Positions 29,188 through 38,783 of a stretch of DNA of 44,522 nucleotides are shown here, in pieces; within the stretch, counting starts at the first letter, position 1; each line of letters starts with the position of its first letter. The stretch comes from Oligoflexia bacterium (GTDB taxonomy: Bacteria > Bdellovibrionota > UBA1018). A program made the position numbers and the translations under genes. The notes below the pieces were generated by a model. That model was not told where the DNA came from, did no database searches, and saw nothing but the letters and a program-made list of their open reading frames with translations. The stretch covers positions 1 through 44,522 of the forward strand of contig JAYTHP010000027.1 in the NCBI GenBank assembly GCA_043732485.1. The letters run 5' to 3'.

Positions 29188-29460
29188 TTACTTGACGATC
29201 GAGCGGAACTCACGGCCGGGACGGAATTTTGGCACCACCATGGCAGGAATCTTGATTTCCTTACCGGTCTGGGGATTGCGGCCCTTTCTAGCCTTGCGCT
29301 TGGTCTTGGTGAAGGTGCCAAAACCAATCAAAGTGACGTCATCGCCTTTTTTAACGGTCTTTTTAATCACTTCCAAGGTGGTGTTGAGCAGCGACTCAGC
29401 ATCAATTTTTCGTAATTTGGTGACTTTCACTACACTTTCAACTAATTCAGCTTTATTCAT
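29188..29460 (-). CDS. hup: DNA-binding protein HU
   Basis: MNKAELV, IGFGTF, RKGRNPQTG, PKFRPG. Confidence 0.96.
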   Translation of the reverse strand: MNKAELVESVVKVTKLRKIDAESLLNTTLEVIKKTVKKGDDVTLIGFGTFTKTKRKARKGRNPQTGKEIKIPAMVVPKFRPGREFRSIVK

Positions 29461-29516
29461 TTTGCAAATCTCTTTCTTTCCGTAGAAGGGTTAATAACGT
29501 AAAACACATCCCAACC

Positions 29517-29545
29517 ATGATGGCGAAAACCCGCGCGCCTGTCAA
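29517..29545 (-). promoter_or_regulatory. Sigma-70-type promoter for hup
   Basis: Minus strand reads TTGACA-N17-CATCAT, about 56 nt upstream of the ATG. Confidence 0.6.
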
Positions 29546-30025
29546 TTGCGATTTGCAAAGTTTAACCCCGATTGTGCGAAATATTAGGCCTTCGCAGCCT
29601 TACCAGATCCTAAAGCCGCCCTTCAAGGGCCTCAAGCCCTCAAAAGATCCGTCCTCACGCCCCTGAAAGGCCACCCAAACACCTCACCCAACACCTGGCA
29701 GTCGGACGGAGCACACCCCCAAGCGGGTATTCAAAAAAAGATAACAATGCCTTTCGCGCCCTTCCCTCGATCCACCGCCTTCTCCACCGTCCTCGACCCA
29801 CCCCCTGCTGCTGCTGCTACTCACTTTTCTGAAGGCGGGAGGAGGCTCTCAGGCCCGCGGTTAACTCCAGCGCCCCCACTCAAGGGGCTGAAAAGTACGG
29901 TGGGGCATCCGTTCGCAGCCCCTCTCCGCAAGCCCGCAAGCGCACGACCCCCGACGGGGCTCAGCCTGAGTTTGCGGGCCACACGCTCAAAGATCTGCCG
30001 CTAGACACGGGCGATCATCTCAGGG

Positions 30026-30544
30026 CTAATACGGACGATGCTGGATCAGGAGTTCTAAAATGGCGCGATTTGAGGGATAAAAAACCCGCTTAAGGGCTTC
30101 TTCAGGCAGCAGCCAGGCGTATTTTTCATGCTCTACGCCATCTAAAAAGACCTGGGGTAGCCCCTCGGAATCTAGGGGGCATTCGCCGCCTCCGCCGCTT
30201 GGATGATGGAGCCTCACGCTCCAAGCCTGCTCTTGTACCGCGGCCCCCCTGTTGCTGATAAACCCCACCGGATGTCCCAAAGCTCGCGGCTCGTGTCGTA
30301 ACGCCAGGCCGGTTTCCTCCCGCACCTCCCGCACGGCAGCAGCCAGGATCGATTCGCCTGGCTCGACGCTGCCCGTCACCGGCTGCCAAAAGCGTTGACG
30401 CGCCGCGTTAGTTTGTAACAGCAAAACATAAAACGACTGACCTTGCGGCGCCGCACCGGCGGCAGCCCCAGCCCGTTGCTTTTGAAAAGAAATCCACACC
30501 TGCACTTTGAGTAAATCCAGCAAAAAAGTCTCCTTCCGCTTCAC
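30026..30544 (-). CDS. NUDIX hydrolase (NudB-like)
   Basis: FWQPVTGSVEPGESILAAAVREVREETG Nudix box, EHEKYAW, SNRAIL. Confidence 0.9.
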   Translation of the reverse strand: MKRKETFLLDLLKVQVWISFQKQRAGAAAGAAPQGQSFYVLLLQTNAARQRFWQPVTGSVEPGESILAAAVREVREETGLALRHEPRALGHPVGFISNRGAAVQEQAWSVRLHHPSGGGGECPLDSEGLPQVFLDGVEHEKYAWLLPEEALKRVFYPSNRAILELLIQHRPY

Positions 30545-30800
30545 TGTTCATTGATTGATCGCACACACACAGACCCAACACCCACCCCTTACTGATGGGT
30601 CAAAACTAAGTCAAAATTAAGAAGGAGTAGGAGAGTGCTTCCACCTCGTGAGCCCGCACTCGTAAAATTTTAAATCAATGTTTGCATTTTTAAGGGTTTT
30701 CATCCATTTTAGCAACTCTTGCCCCAGGAGAAAAGACCTCTTTAGACGTCTAGAGGAGCTTCACACTTTTGAGTTTTTTTCTGAATTAGCCTATTTTGTT

Positions 30801-30875
30801 GCCGAATTAGCTCAGTGGTAGAGCACCGCTTTCGTAAAGCGGGGGTCACGCGTTCAAATCGCGTATTCGGCTCCA
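30801..30875 (+). tRNA. tRNA-Thr(CGT)
   Basis: GCCGAAT/ATTCGGC acceptor, AGCTCAGTGGTAGAGC, anticodon arm CCGCT-TTCGTAA-AGCGG, GTTCAAATC, TCCA end. Confidence 0.96.
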
Positions 30876-30906
30876 TTTTTTCTCTCCCAGTGCTCGCGCC
30901 CCACCA

Positions 30907-31905
30907 TCAGGAGCGCAGACCCTCGCACACTTTGGCAATCAACGCTGCCATGATCGCACTGGCGGGAATCGTAATCGCCCACGCCCAGACAATCCTAATG
31001 GCCATCCCCCAGCGCACCGCTGAGAGCTTAGAGACCGTGCCCACCCCCATGATCGACCCAGTAATGGTATGCGTCGTAGACACCGGGATCCCCAAAGCGG
31101 TTGCTAAAAAGAGCGTACTGGCCCCGCCCATTTCCGCACAAAAGCCCCCAATGGGCTTCAATTTGGTAATGCGCATCCCCATAGTTTTCACAATGCGCCA
31201 ACCCCCGAGCAGCGTGCCACAGGCCATCGCAGCCTGACACGATAACACCACCCAAAATGGAATCTGAAATTGCTCCCCCATCCAGCCCTCACTAAAGAGC
31301 AACACGGCGATAATCCCCATGGTTTTTTGGGCATCGTTCCCGCCGTGCCCTAAACTATAAAGAGAGGAAGAAAACAACTGAAAGCGCCTCCCCCAGCGAT
31401 CAACGCGCTTAGGAGTGGCGAAGTAAAACGCGCGAATCATCAGCACCATCATCAAATAAGACAAGGCAAACCCCAAAAGGGGTGACAAGACTACGGAAAG
31501 TGCAATTTTTAGCACGCCCAGCTGGTTAATCCCAGCAGTGCCCACTTTCATCACAATTGCCCCCACTAACCCGCCCACTAAAGCGTGCGAGGAACTGGAA
31601 GGCATGCCGTAAAACCAAGTAATCATATTCCAAGTAATGGCGCCAATCAGCGCCGCAAAAATCACCAAAGGGTCAATCGCTTGCGGATCAACGATGCCCT
31701 GACCGATGGTATCGGCAACGTGGTGGCCAAAAAATAAAAAGGCGATCAAATTAAAAAAAGCAGCAAGAATCACCGCCGTTTGTGGACGCAACACCCGGGT
31801 CGAGACCACCGTGGCGATGGAATTGGCAGCATCATGAAAACCATTAATAAAATCGAAGAGTAGGGCTAAGACCACAATCAAGGTAATAAAAGAAGGAGAA
31901 TGCAT
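30907..31905 (-). CDS. pit: Inorganic phosphate transporter, PiT family
   Basis: NGFHDAANSIAT, PSSSSHAL, HGGNDAQKTMG, PVSTTH. Confidence 0.96.
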   Translation of the reverse strand: MHSPSFITLIVVLALLFDFINGFHDAANSIATVVSTRVLRPQTAVILAAFFNLIAFLFFGHHVADTIGQGIVDPQAIDPLVIFAALIGAITWNMITWFYGMPSSSSHALVGGLVGAIVMKVGTAGINQLGVLKIALSVVLSPLLGFALSYLMMVLMIRAFYFATPKRVDRWGRRFQLFSSSLYSLGHGGNDAQKTMGIIAVLLFSEGWMGEQFQIPFWVVLSCQAAMACGTLLGGWRIVKTMGMRITKLKPIGGFCAEMGGASTLFLATALGIPVSTTHTITGSIMGVGTVSKLSAVRWGMAIRIVWAWAITIPASAIMAALIAKVCEGLRS

Positions 31906-31920
31906 GAGAAAGTTTGCCCT

Positions 31921-32547
31921 TTAACCGTACTCAAGTAAGATGCCATCAATGACGTTCGCCACATCTTCACAACAATCGGTCACTGTTTCCAAAAGTTCGT
32001 AGATTTCCTTCATCTTGATTAGCTGGCGGATATCAGGCTCACTGGCAAAAAGCTTGGCCATTCCGGATCTGAGAATTTGATCGGCCTCGTTTTCCAGGCG
32101 ATTGACCTCAATACAGCTCTTAGAAATCGCTGCGGCATTTTTGAGATGACTCAACCCACCAACCGCAGCTTGCACGTGTAAAGCGGCCTGACAGCAAACA
32201 TCGGCCAGCTGAATGACCTCTGGCGTGATCTGCGTGATACCGTAAAGCACCATACGTTGCGAGGCCGCCTCAATAAAGTCTAAAATATCGTCTAATTCCG
32301 TGATCAACTTGTGGATGTCATCGCGGTCCAGCGGGGTAATAAAGGTGGTGTGCAGCAGATCGATGGTGCTGTGGGTTACTCGGTCCGCTTGATGCTCCAA
32401 ATCCTTAATGCGCTTGGAGTACTGCTCGCCGTTGGGTAAATCATCGACCATCTTGCGAAATTCACCTGCCGCCTGAACGATTAGCTCGACGATCTCATCA
32501 AAATAAGTAAAAAACTGTTTCTCACTCGCTCCCATGCGACCAAACAT
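31921..32547 (-). CDS. DUF47 / PhoU-like Pit accessory protein
   Basis: LEHQAD, TFITPLDRDDI, LENEAD, TDCCEDVAN. Directly upstream of pit; ATG 32547 has GGAG SD. Confidence 0.93.
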   Translation of the reverse strand: MFGRMGASEKQFFTYFDEIVELIVQAAGEFRKMVDDLPNGEQYSKRIKDLEHQADRVTHSTIDLLHTTFITPLDRDDIHKLITELDDILDFIEAASQRMVLYGITQITPEVIQLADVCCQAALHVQAAVGGLSHLKNAAAISKSCIEVNRLENEADQILRSGMAKLFASEPDIRQLIKMKEIYELLETVTDCCEDVANVIDGILLEYG

Positions 32548-32876
32548 ATAATACTCCACTCTTTCTCAGCTTTAGGATCAAACCTCTCAGAACCGTCACT
32601 CTGCCTATTTTTTGGACCTCATACAAAAGGCCGCCAAGCGGGTTTTTTTCTCGTATACGGCTTGGTGTTCCAGTCTTTGTTGCTCACAAAAAACGCGACC
32701 GTAAACTTGTAACCCCAACCTCAGGCACACTGCTCCCCCAAGAGGAGACACGCACGCTTTGCATTCCTACGCTCACTCGGTCTTTAGCCTCAAGGGACAC
32801 CGTAGCTCGAGAGGGCGGATGATGACTGATACACCGTTTCTTGAAAAAATCCTCCTTAATTTTTGCAAAAAAGTTG

Positions 32877-33146
32877 CTATTTTCCCTGATCCTTGGCTTG
32901 CAGGCCTTGCACGCGGTCCCATTCGACTAAATCGGTATAGCCCCCAATGAGCTCAGTGCCTTGAAAAATCTGGGGCATGGTGCGCATGCCAGAGACTTTA
33001 AGGAGCCGCTCCCACTCGGCGTCGTCATTCGCATCCACCGAGATTTCTTCAAACTCAATGCCCCGTTGCTTGAGAAGCGCCTTGGCTTGGCGACAATAGG
33101 GGCAATTTTCCATCGTATAGACTTTCCAGCCGGGTGTGTTGTTCAT
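32877..33146 (-). CDS. grxC: Dithiol glutaredoxin (Grx3-like)
   Basis: CPYC, RTMPQIF, IGGYTDL. Confidence 0.92.
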   Translation of the reverse strand: MNNTPGWKVYTMENCPYCRQAKALLKQRGIEFEEISVDANDDAEWERLLKVSGMRTMPQIFQGTELIGGYTDLVEWDRVQGLQAKDQGK

Positions 33147-33229
33147 ACCTCTACCCTATAGCGAAAGACGGCTGGCTTGGCGAGTCAAACCCGCAGCTTA
33201 GCGCATTTCAAGCATAACGCCCGCCTGAG

Positions 33230-33556
33230 CTAGAAGCGGATCACCAAGCCGCTGACCTCGAGTAAATAGCGCTCTAACATCTGAAACAGCTCAAGCTTTT
33301 GCCCACGATCATCCCACCACTGTTGACTGTGATCATCAAAAATAAAATGATAGGCCCGCCCTTGCGAGGCAAGCGCCACCCACAACTGCTCGACTGAGGG
33401 CTGCAGGCTTAAAATGCATTTCGAGCGATCGGCAAGCGCAATGACTAACGAGCCCTGACTTTCTTCGCAATCCACCTGATCAGGGTCCAGGTGCGCTAAC
33501 GCTTGATCAATTTTTCGAAAAACTGCCTGAACGCGTTGCCGATAAAGTACTTCCAT
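33230..33556 (-). CDS. cyaY: Frataxin/CyaY family iron donor
   Basis: D-C-E...GSLVI, LSLQPSVEQLWVA, AYHF, and about 108 aa length. Confidence 0.8.
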   Translation of the reverse strand: MEVLYRQRVQAVFRKIDQALAHLDPDQVDCEESQGSLVIALADRSKCILSLQPSVEQLWVALASQGRAYHFIFDDHSQQWWDDRGQKLELFQMLERYLLEVSGLVIRF

Positions 33557-33628
33557 TGCTTTTTTTCCTCAATTTTTTGCAAGATACCCATTCTCTCCAA
33601 CTCAGTACCATGATAGGAAGCCAAAAGA

Positions 33629-34150
33629 ATGACTGATCTTAAAAATTGTCTTTGTGGCCTCACCCAACCCTTTCACGAATGCTGCGAGCCCATTCTTCAG
33701 GGCCTGCAACCCCCTGAAACCGCTGAGCAACTGCTTCGAGCCCGCTACTGCGCTTTCCCGCAGCGAGCCTTTGATTTCTTGCTCTCCAGCCACCACTCCA
33801 GTTCGCGCGCGGAGGTCACGGCAGCGAGCCTGGCCCAGTGGGCGCAAGAAGTGAGCTGGGTGGGATTGAGCATCAAGCAGTCTTCCCAAGGACAAGCCGT
33901 TGATCAGCGTGGGGAGATTATCTTTTGTGCCACCTACCTCCAGAAAGGCGTGCAAAAAGAACACTGGGAGCACAGTTTCTTTGAAAAAGAAGACGGGATT
34001 TGGAGGTTCTTGAACTCTAAAGGAGTCTCCCACGGCACCGTTCAACGCTCTAGCCCAAAAATTGGGAGAAACGACCCTTGTGTTTGCGGTAGCCTGAAGA
34101 AATATAAGAAATGTTGCGCACTTTTGCCACCCGCAGTAACTCAACCCTGA
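33629..34150 (+). CDS. ychJ: YchJ family SEC-C metal-binding protein
   Basis: CLCG...[44 protein letters not shown]. Confidence 0.92.
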   Translation: MTDLKNCLCGLTQPFHECCEPILQGLQPPETAEQLLRARYCAFPQRAFDFLLSSHHSSSRAEVTAASLAQWAQEVSWVGLSIKQSSQGQAVDQRGEIIFCATYLQKGVQKEHWEHSFFEKEDGIWRFLNSKGVSHGTVQRSSPKIGRNDPCVCGSLKKYKKCCALLPPAVTQP

Positions 34151-34331
34151 AACTCCCGCTTAGACCCGCAAAGTCGTCCCCGGCTTTTTGCTGTTACGCG
34201 TAAACTTACGCAAAACTACCAAAATTACCCAAAATTACTAAAGAGGAGTCGGCTCGTACCAAAAAATCAATGTCCTTTGCCTCAGAATCCGCTCGAAACT
34301 TTTGCAAAAACCAGGTATACCGCTCTCATCT

Positions 34332-34682
34332 ATGAACTTTTGGAACCTTCTCAGCTGGATTCTCGTCGCTCTATTTTCAGGCATCAATCTCTATATCTTC
34401 CTGAAGCTCAAGGAAGCCTCCGAGCAGATGCTCAAAATGGTCTTTCCAAATGCCAAAAACATGAACGAAGCCCTCGATTCCATGCAAAAGATGACCCAAT
34501 CCTTCAAAGGACCCGGTGGGGCGTCGGCGGTCTCTAAAAAAACCAATGGCTTCAAGCCTGCGCTTTTAGCCCAGGCCTCGCCAAAGTCCTCAAGCGGCGC
34601 GGCAGTCCCCCAAGTCAATGGCCAGCAGTTGCAACAAGCCATGAAACTGCTCAAGCAACTGCAAAACAACAAAAAACCCTGA
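34332..34682 (+). CDS. Hypothetical small membrane-anchored protein
   Basis: N-terminal TM helix (FWNLLSWILVALFSGINLYIFL) and Met/Gln-rich helical tail. Confidence 0.65.
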   Translation: MNFWNLLSWILVALFSGINLYIFLKLKEASEQMLKMVFPNAKNMNEALDSMQKMTQSFKGPGGASAVSKKTNGFKPALLAQASPKSSSGAAVPQVNGQQLQQAMKLLKQLQNNKKP

Positions 34683-34816
34683 CCCAAGAGTGCGGCCCGC
34701 AGTCACGTTCACCCAAACAGCCAAAGAGTCCCACCTCTTTGACAATGCTATGGGACGCCTCGACAAGAGAGCCCTCTCATCGCCTGCGATCTCTCCTTAA
34801 ACCGGCACGAAACGGC

Positions 34817-35716
34817 TTACAGGGCTGGGACTTGGGCGCGGGTCTTGCTGCTACTGCTGCTCTTTTTGTGTAGTTGATGTAGGTGCAGCAGCTGTAAAAA
34901 AACGGTTTCCAACTCTTGGGAAATCGTTGCAGGCTCGCCCAGATGCACCAAGGCCTCAGACACCGCCTCGAGCGTCGAAAGACACTCCTTGCGCGGCTCC
35001 TTACGCAGCTTCCCGTAAAGCGAAGGCCTAGCCGGCTGCAGCAGCACTCTTTGCAATTTCAAGAGCCAAGGATTGCGCCACCACAGGGTTTTTGCCTGTG
35101 ACCAGCTGCCATCTAATACCACAATTCCGGTTAAAGTCTTGGGTGCGCTGATGGCCTGCCCCTTCTTGTTCACAAAACGCAAACTCGAACTGCGACCCAC
35201 CACGACCGCTTCTGTAGACCCCTCTTGCTCACGAAGGTGCTTGCTCGTGACCAACCCACTTGCGGCGGCGGTGACGGCTTTTTTACGCGCACCTTGCGAC
35301 TGCGAACCACCACTGCCAGCTCCGCTACCGCTAGCGCCCTCAACCTTCAAGCCACTGCCCAAATACAGCACGCCCCACTGCGCCGCGTTGACTTCCCGCC
35401 CTAACGCTCCCTTTAGATGGGGCCAAGACAGGCCAATTTTAAGTTGGGCGTTTTGCAAGGAGAGTTGCGTGATTTTTCCAGTGCCCAGTTGACGATCAGG
35501 CTCTTGAGGATGCTGCAAGATTAACACCTCAAGCTGCGTCTTGAGGCTTGGCAAAAAAGCACAACAGCACAACTCAGGCAACTTTAAACAGCGCACACAG
35601 CCTAAGATTTCCTCAGCAGCCGGAGCTTGCGGGGGGCGTTGCGATACGGGTCTTTCTTTTTTGGGGTTGTTATCTATCATACTTTTGTCCTTACTGATCT
35701 GGTTCGTGCTGCTCAT
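34817..35716 (-). CDS. DTW-domain protein (tRNA-uridine aminocarboxypropyltransferase, TapT/YfiP-like)
   Basis: CVRC...CCC, ILQHPQE, LDGSWSQAK, LRKEP, LSTLEA. Confidence 0.9.
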   Translation of the reverse strand: MSSTNQISKDKSMIDNNPKKERPVSQRPPQAPAAEEILGCVRCLKLPELCCCAFLPSLKTQLEVLILQHPQEPDRQLGTGKITQLSLQNAQLKIGLSWPHLKGALGREVNAAQWGVLYLGSGLKVEGASGSGAGSGGSQSQGARKKAVTAAASGLVTSKHLREQEGSTEAVVVGRSSSLRFVNKKGQAISAPKTLTGIVVLDGSWSQAKTLWWRNPWLLKLQRVLLQPARPSLYGKLRKEPRKECLSTLEAVSEALVHLGEPATISQELETVFLQLLHLHQLHKKSSSSSKTRAQVPAL

Positions 35717-35737
35717 TGGCCGGCTCTTTGGCCGAAT

Positions 35738-35775
35738 CTTTGACTTAGCTGAAACTTTGACTTAGCTGAAACTTT
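35738..35775. repeat. Perfect 17-bp direct repeat x2 upstream of the DTW gene
   Basis: CTTTGACTTAGCTGAAA CTTTGACTTAGCTGAAA CTTT. Confidence 0.9.
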
Positions 35776-36372
35776 TTAAGTGATCTGGGCGCGCCTGGGT
35801 CTCGCTCACCTCAAACACTCACGCGACTTGCTCTCTCGCGGCCTCTTCCCCCAGAGACTGACCTGCAAAAAAACCGTACACAGGAGCTTCTCACGTATTT
35901 TCTGCTCACTCATTTTCTGCTCAGGGTGGGAGGGAAGCGAAGAATAGCATAAGTTTCCCGCAAGCGCTAGCCTTGGGGAAGTTGGCTGCCAAGCCCCTGG
36001 GCTCCCGCGCTCTCCCTGCCCTTTGCTTTGGGTCACGAAAGCTAAAATTTTTCTCAGGTCAGGTCAGCGGAGATCAGCTCAAGTCAGGCAAAAAAAGTCT
36101 ACTCGGCGGCGGCGGCCAGGAGTCCCCCCTCGCCCGGTACTCCCACTTCCACTTTCAAGTTTTTGCTGCGCTAAAAAGCCCAAACCATGCCCGGGGATCT
36201 TGCGGGCTTTTGCTGATTGTTCTTTTTCCTACTCAGGACTTTTTTCCTTTACTTTGAAAAAAAAACATTTTTCGTCTCTTTCCAGAAATAGTGATATACA
36301 TTAACAAAAATTAGAATAAGATATCTAAAATTCTGTATTTCTCTTGGTCTCGTATTTTGAAAGGAAAATTAG

Positions 36373-37575
36373 ATGCAACCGATTACTCACTACATTGAAT
36401 TTAGCGATAAAAAGCTCAAGCAACGTTGCTTAGACGGCAAAATTCCGATGGAAACTTTTTACGAAGCCTATTTCAGTGGTGATTTAGACTTCAAAACCGA
36501 TGTTTGTGACTTTCTAAGCGCAAGAAATGATTTTGTGCGCTTTTCATTCACTCCCAGCCATTTAAAATGGGCCGTCACCCACTTCATCCCAGAGGTGGCG
36601 ATTCACTCCAAAAGTCAAGACCAACGTATCGTGCGCGAACACTATGATCGCGGCAATGACTTTTTTGGCTGGTTTTTAGGCGAGCGAATGGTCTACACGG
36701 CTGCTTTTTTTCAAACCGGCAAAGAGACCTTAGAGCAGGCGCAAGACAATAAGCTCAACTTAGTCTGCCAAAAACTTCAATTACAGCCGCAAGACACCTT
36801 ACTTGATATTGGTTGTGGCTGGGGCACACTCGCAAGGCATGCGGCCGTGCATTACGGCGCCGATGCCACCGGGGTCACTTTGTCAAAAAATCAGACGCTT
36901 TACGGCAATCAGAGAATTGAGGCTGACGGCGTTGCCGACCACGCCCGCATTCTTTGCTTGGATTACCGCGACATCCCGAAGAAGAAGTATTCGAAGATTG
37001 TCAGCCTGGAAATGGTTGAGCACGTGGGCAACAAAAACTTAAGGTCATTTTACGAGCAAACTTACGAACTCTTAGCAGATGACGGGCTCTTTTTGCTGCA
37101 ATGGGCTGGACTCAGACAAGCGCTCAAGCCAGAAGACTTGATTTGGGGCTTGTTCATGAATCGCCATATTTTCCCCGGGGCAGATGCCAGTCTGTGCGGC
37201 TTTGCCATGCTAAAGCATATGGAAAAAGTGAACTTCGAAATTCACAGCGTCGAAAACGTCACCATCCACTATTCGATGACCATCAAAAAATGGCATGAAA
37301 ACTGGATCAGCAACCGCGAGGCAGTCACGGCGGCTTACGGCGATCGCTGGTACCGAATTTGGAATTTCTTTTTAGGCTGGTCGACGATCGTGGCCCAACA
37401 AGGTAATGCTTCTTGTTTTCAGGTCGTACTGAACAAGAATCTGGATCATTTCCTGCGTACTCGCTGGATTGGTCATACCTTTAGCTTAGGGGAACACGCC
37501 AAGAATTTCAGCCCCCGCAACAAAACTTCGGAAAAAAGCCCTTCACCGAGCAAGCCTTCCGAACTCACGCTCTAA
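36373..37575 (+). CDS. SAM-dependent lipid methyltransferase, CFA-synthase superfamily (sphingolipid C9-methyltransferase-like)
   Basis: HYDRGNDFF, MVYT, LEQAQDNKL, LLDIGCGWG, DYRDI, LEMVEHVG, HIFPG, HYSMT. Confidence 0.9.
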   Translation: MQPITHYIEFSDKKLKQRCLDGKIPMETFYEAYFSGDLDFKTDVCDFLSARNDFVRFSFTPSHLKWAVTHFIPEVAIHSKSQDQRIVREHYDRGNDFFGWFLGERMVYTAAFFQTGKETLEQAQDNKLNLVCQKLQLQPQDTLLDIGCGWGTLARHAAVHYGADATGVTLSKNQTLYGNQRIEADGVADHARILCLDYRDIPKKKYSKIVSLEMVEHVGNKNLRSFYEQTYELLADDGLFLLQWAGLRQALKPEDLIWGLFMNRHIFPGADASLCGFAMLKHMEKVNFEIHSVENVTIHYSMTIKKWHENWISNREAVTAAYGDRWYRIWNFFLGWSTIVAQQGNASCFQVVLNKNLDHFLRTRWIGHTFSLGEHAKNFSPRNKTSEKSPSPSKPSELTL

Positions 37576-37708
37576 GCATCGCCTCACGCGAAGACCGGGA
37601 CCTAAGGGCCCCGTGTGTGCGTCGTGAAGCAAAACGTGAGAAAAAAAAGACAGTTTGAGACGTTTTTTTTCGTGTCAAACGCTGTAAAATCAGTCAAAGT
37701 CATCGAAT

Positions 37709-37750
37709 CGCCAGGGTGAGACTCCCCCTCGTTCCTGCCCTGGCGCTTTT
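37709..37750 (+). terminator. GC-rich hairpin with T-tail downstream of the methyltransferase gene
   Basis: CGCCAGGG...CCCTGGCG followed by CTTTT; the loop is unusually large. Confidence 0.45.
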
Positions 37751-38496
37751 CAAACTCTCCCTCCTGAAAGACCTTAAACTCCCGAAGTGCTCTTAAAAAT
37801 TCAAGCCCTTGCTGCTGGTCTCCCTATTGTGCTTCCTATGAGAAGCGCAATGGCGTTCGGACCCATCAAGCCCAAAAGCCAGTGTTCAACCCTAGTATCA
37901 CGACTGACGCGCCAAAGTTGTTTTTGATTGCTGCTTTTTTAAAAGCTGGCGACACCGATTAGAGTCGATTTCTGAGGCCCACAGACCCGCACAACGCACT
38001 GACAAAACTGTTTTTACTTTGCGCTTACCCTGCCGCCACCCTTTTTCGCGCAAGGCGCATTTGCATCGCGCAGATTTCCTCACCTTGACAAAAAACCTCA
38101 CTTAGGAATCTCAGGAGATTTTTTTAAAAAAGTCTCTTTGCCCCAAGTGGACGGGAAGCAGCAATTGACTTCACTCTAGCAATTTTCCACCTCAAGGCCT
38201 CAACCTGTCCTTTTTTGATTGTCGCCAACCTCAAAAACTGGGTACTTTTCATTGGCGCCCAGCAAGTCTCGAGGGGGAAGAAGTCTTTTCCCCTGCGAGA
38301 TCTGAACTCATTACTCTTGATAGGTCTTTTTTCAGAGCGGGCCTTTCCTTTCAATGTCGGCTTTATCCAAGCGATTCTCAATGCTATCTAGATCGGCAGC
38401 GGCTTTGTGATGATCCATGAACCCTCCTGAAGGTCGTCAGTCGCATGTCTTCAGAATCTGACGCCGAGTCTATTTATCCCTTCTTTTTTTGGGTCC

Positions 38497-38693
38497 ATGA
38501 AGGACTTCGCTTTTATGATCCTCCATAATCTTGTCACCTTTTTGGTCGTTCTTCTTCTCTATCCCCTACCCATTCAGGGGACAAACCAGCCACCCGCTCC
38601 TCCACCGGACTTTTGCAAGAGCACCCTGAGACGAGGAATTGAAAACTGTAAAAATAAGGAATTCAAGCTTGGCATGCTAGCCTGCGCTTCCCT
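38497..38693 (+). pseudogene. 5' part of a small secreted Cys-containing protein gene interrupted by the IS
   Basis: Signal-like LVTFLVVLLLYPLPIQG, Pro-rich linker and three Cys; runs into the IS left end. Open frames resume after nt 40571. Confidence 0.5.
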
Positions 38694-38783
38694 GTGTGCC
38701 AAAAACCCACTGGACACGAGGCACGACAGTTTAGTGAAGTTTTAGGAGCAAATTTGAGCTTTAATCATCCTTAGGAGGACCCT

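Noticed and set aside
29884..29900. tmRNA-like 5' end GGGGCTGAAAAG
   Set aside because: No following GATTCGAC, tag reading frame or T-arm/CCA 3' end.
38300..38330. SAM-I-like CTATCAAGAG on the minus strand
   Set aside because: The downstream GAGGGA-GGCCC core is missing and no methionine-related gene follows.
37898..38381. Short minus-strand ORFs 37898-38101 and 38124-38381 (also 40686-40916)
   Set aside because: Non-ATG starts, no clear SD and no motifs; I cannot support them as genes.
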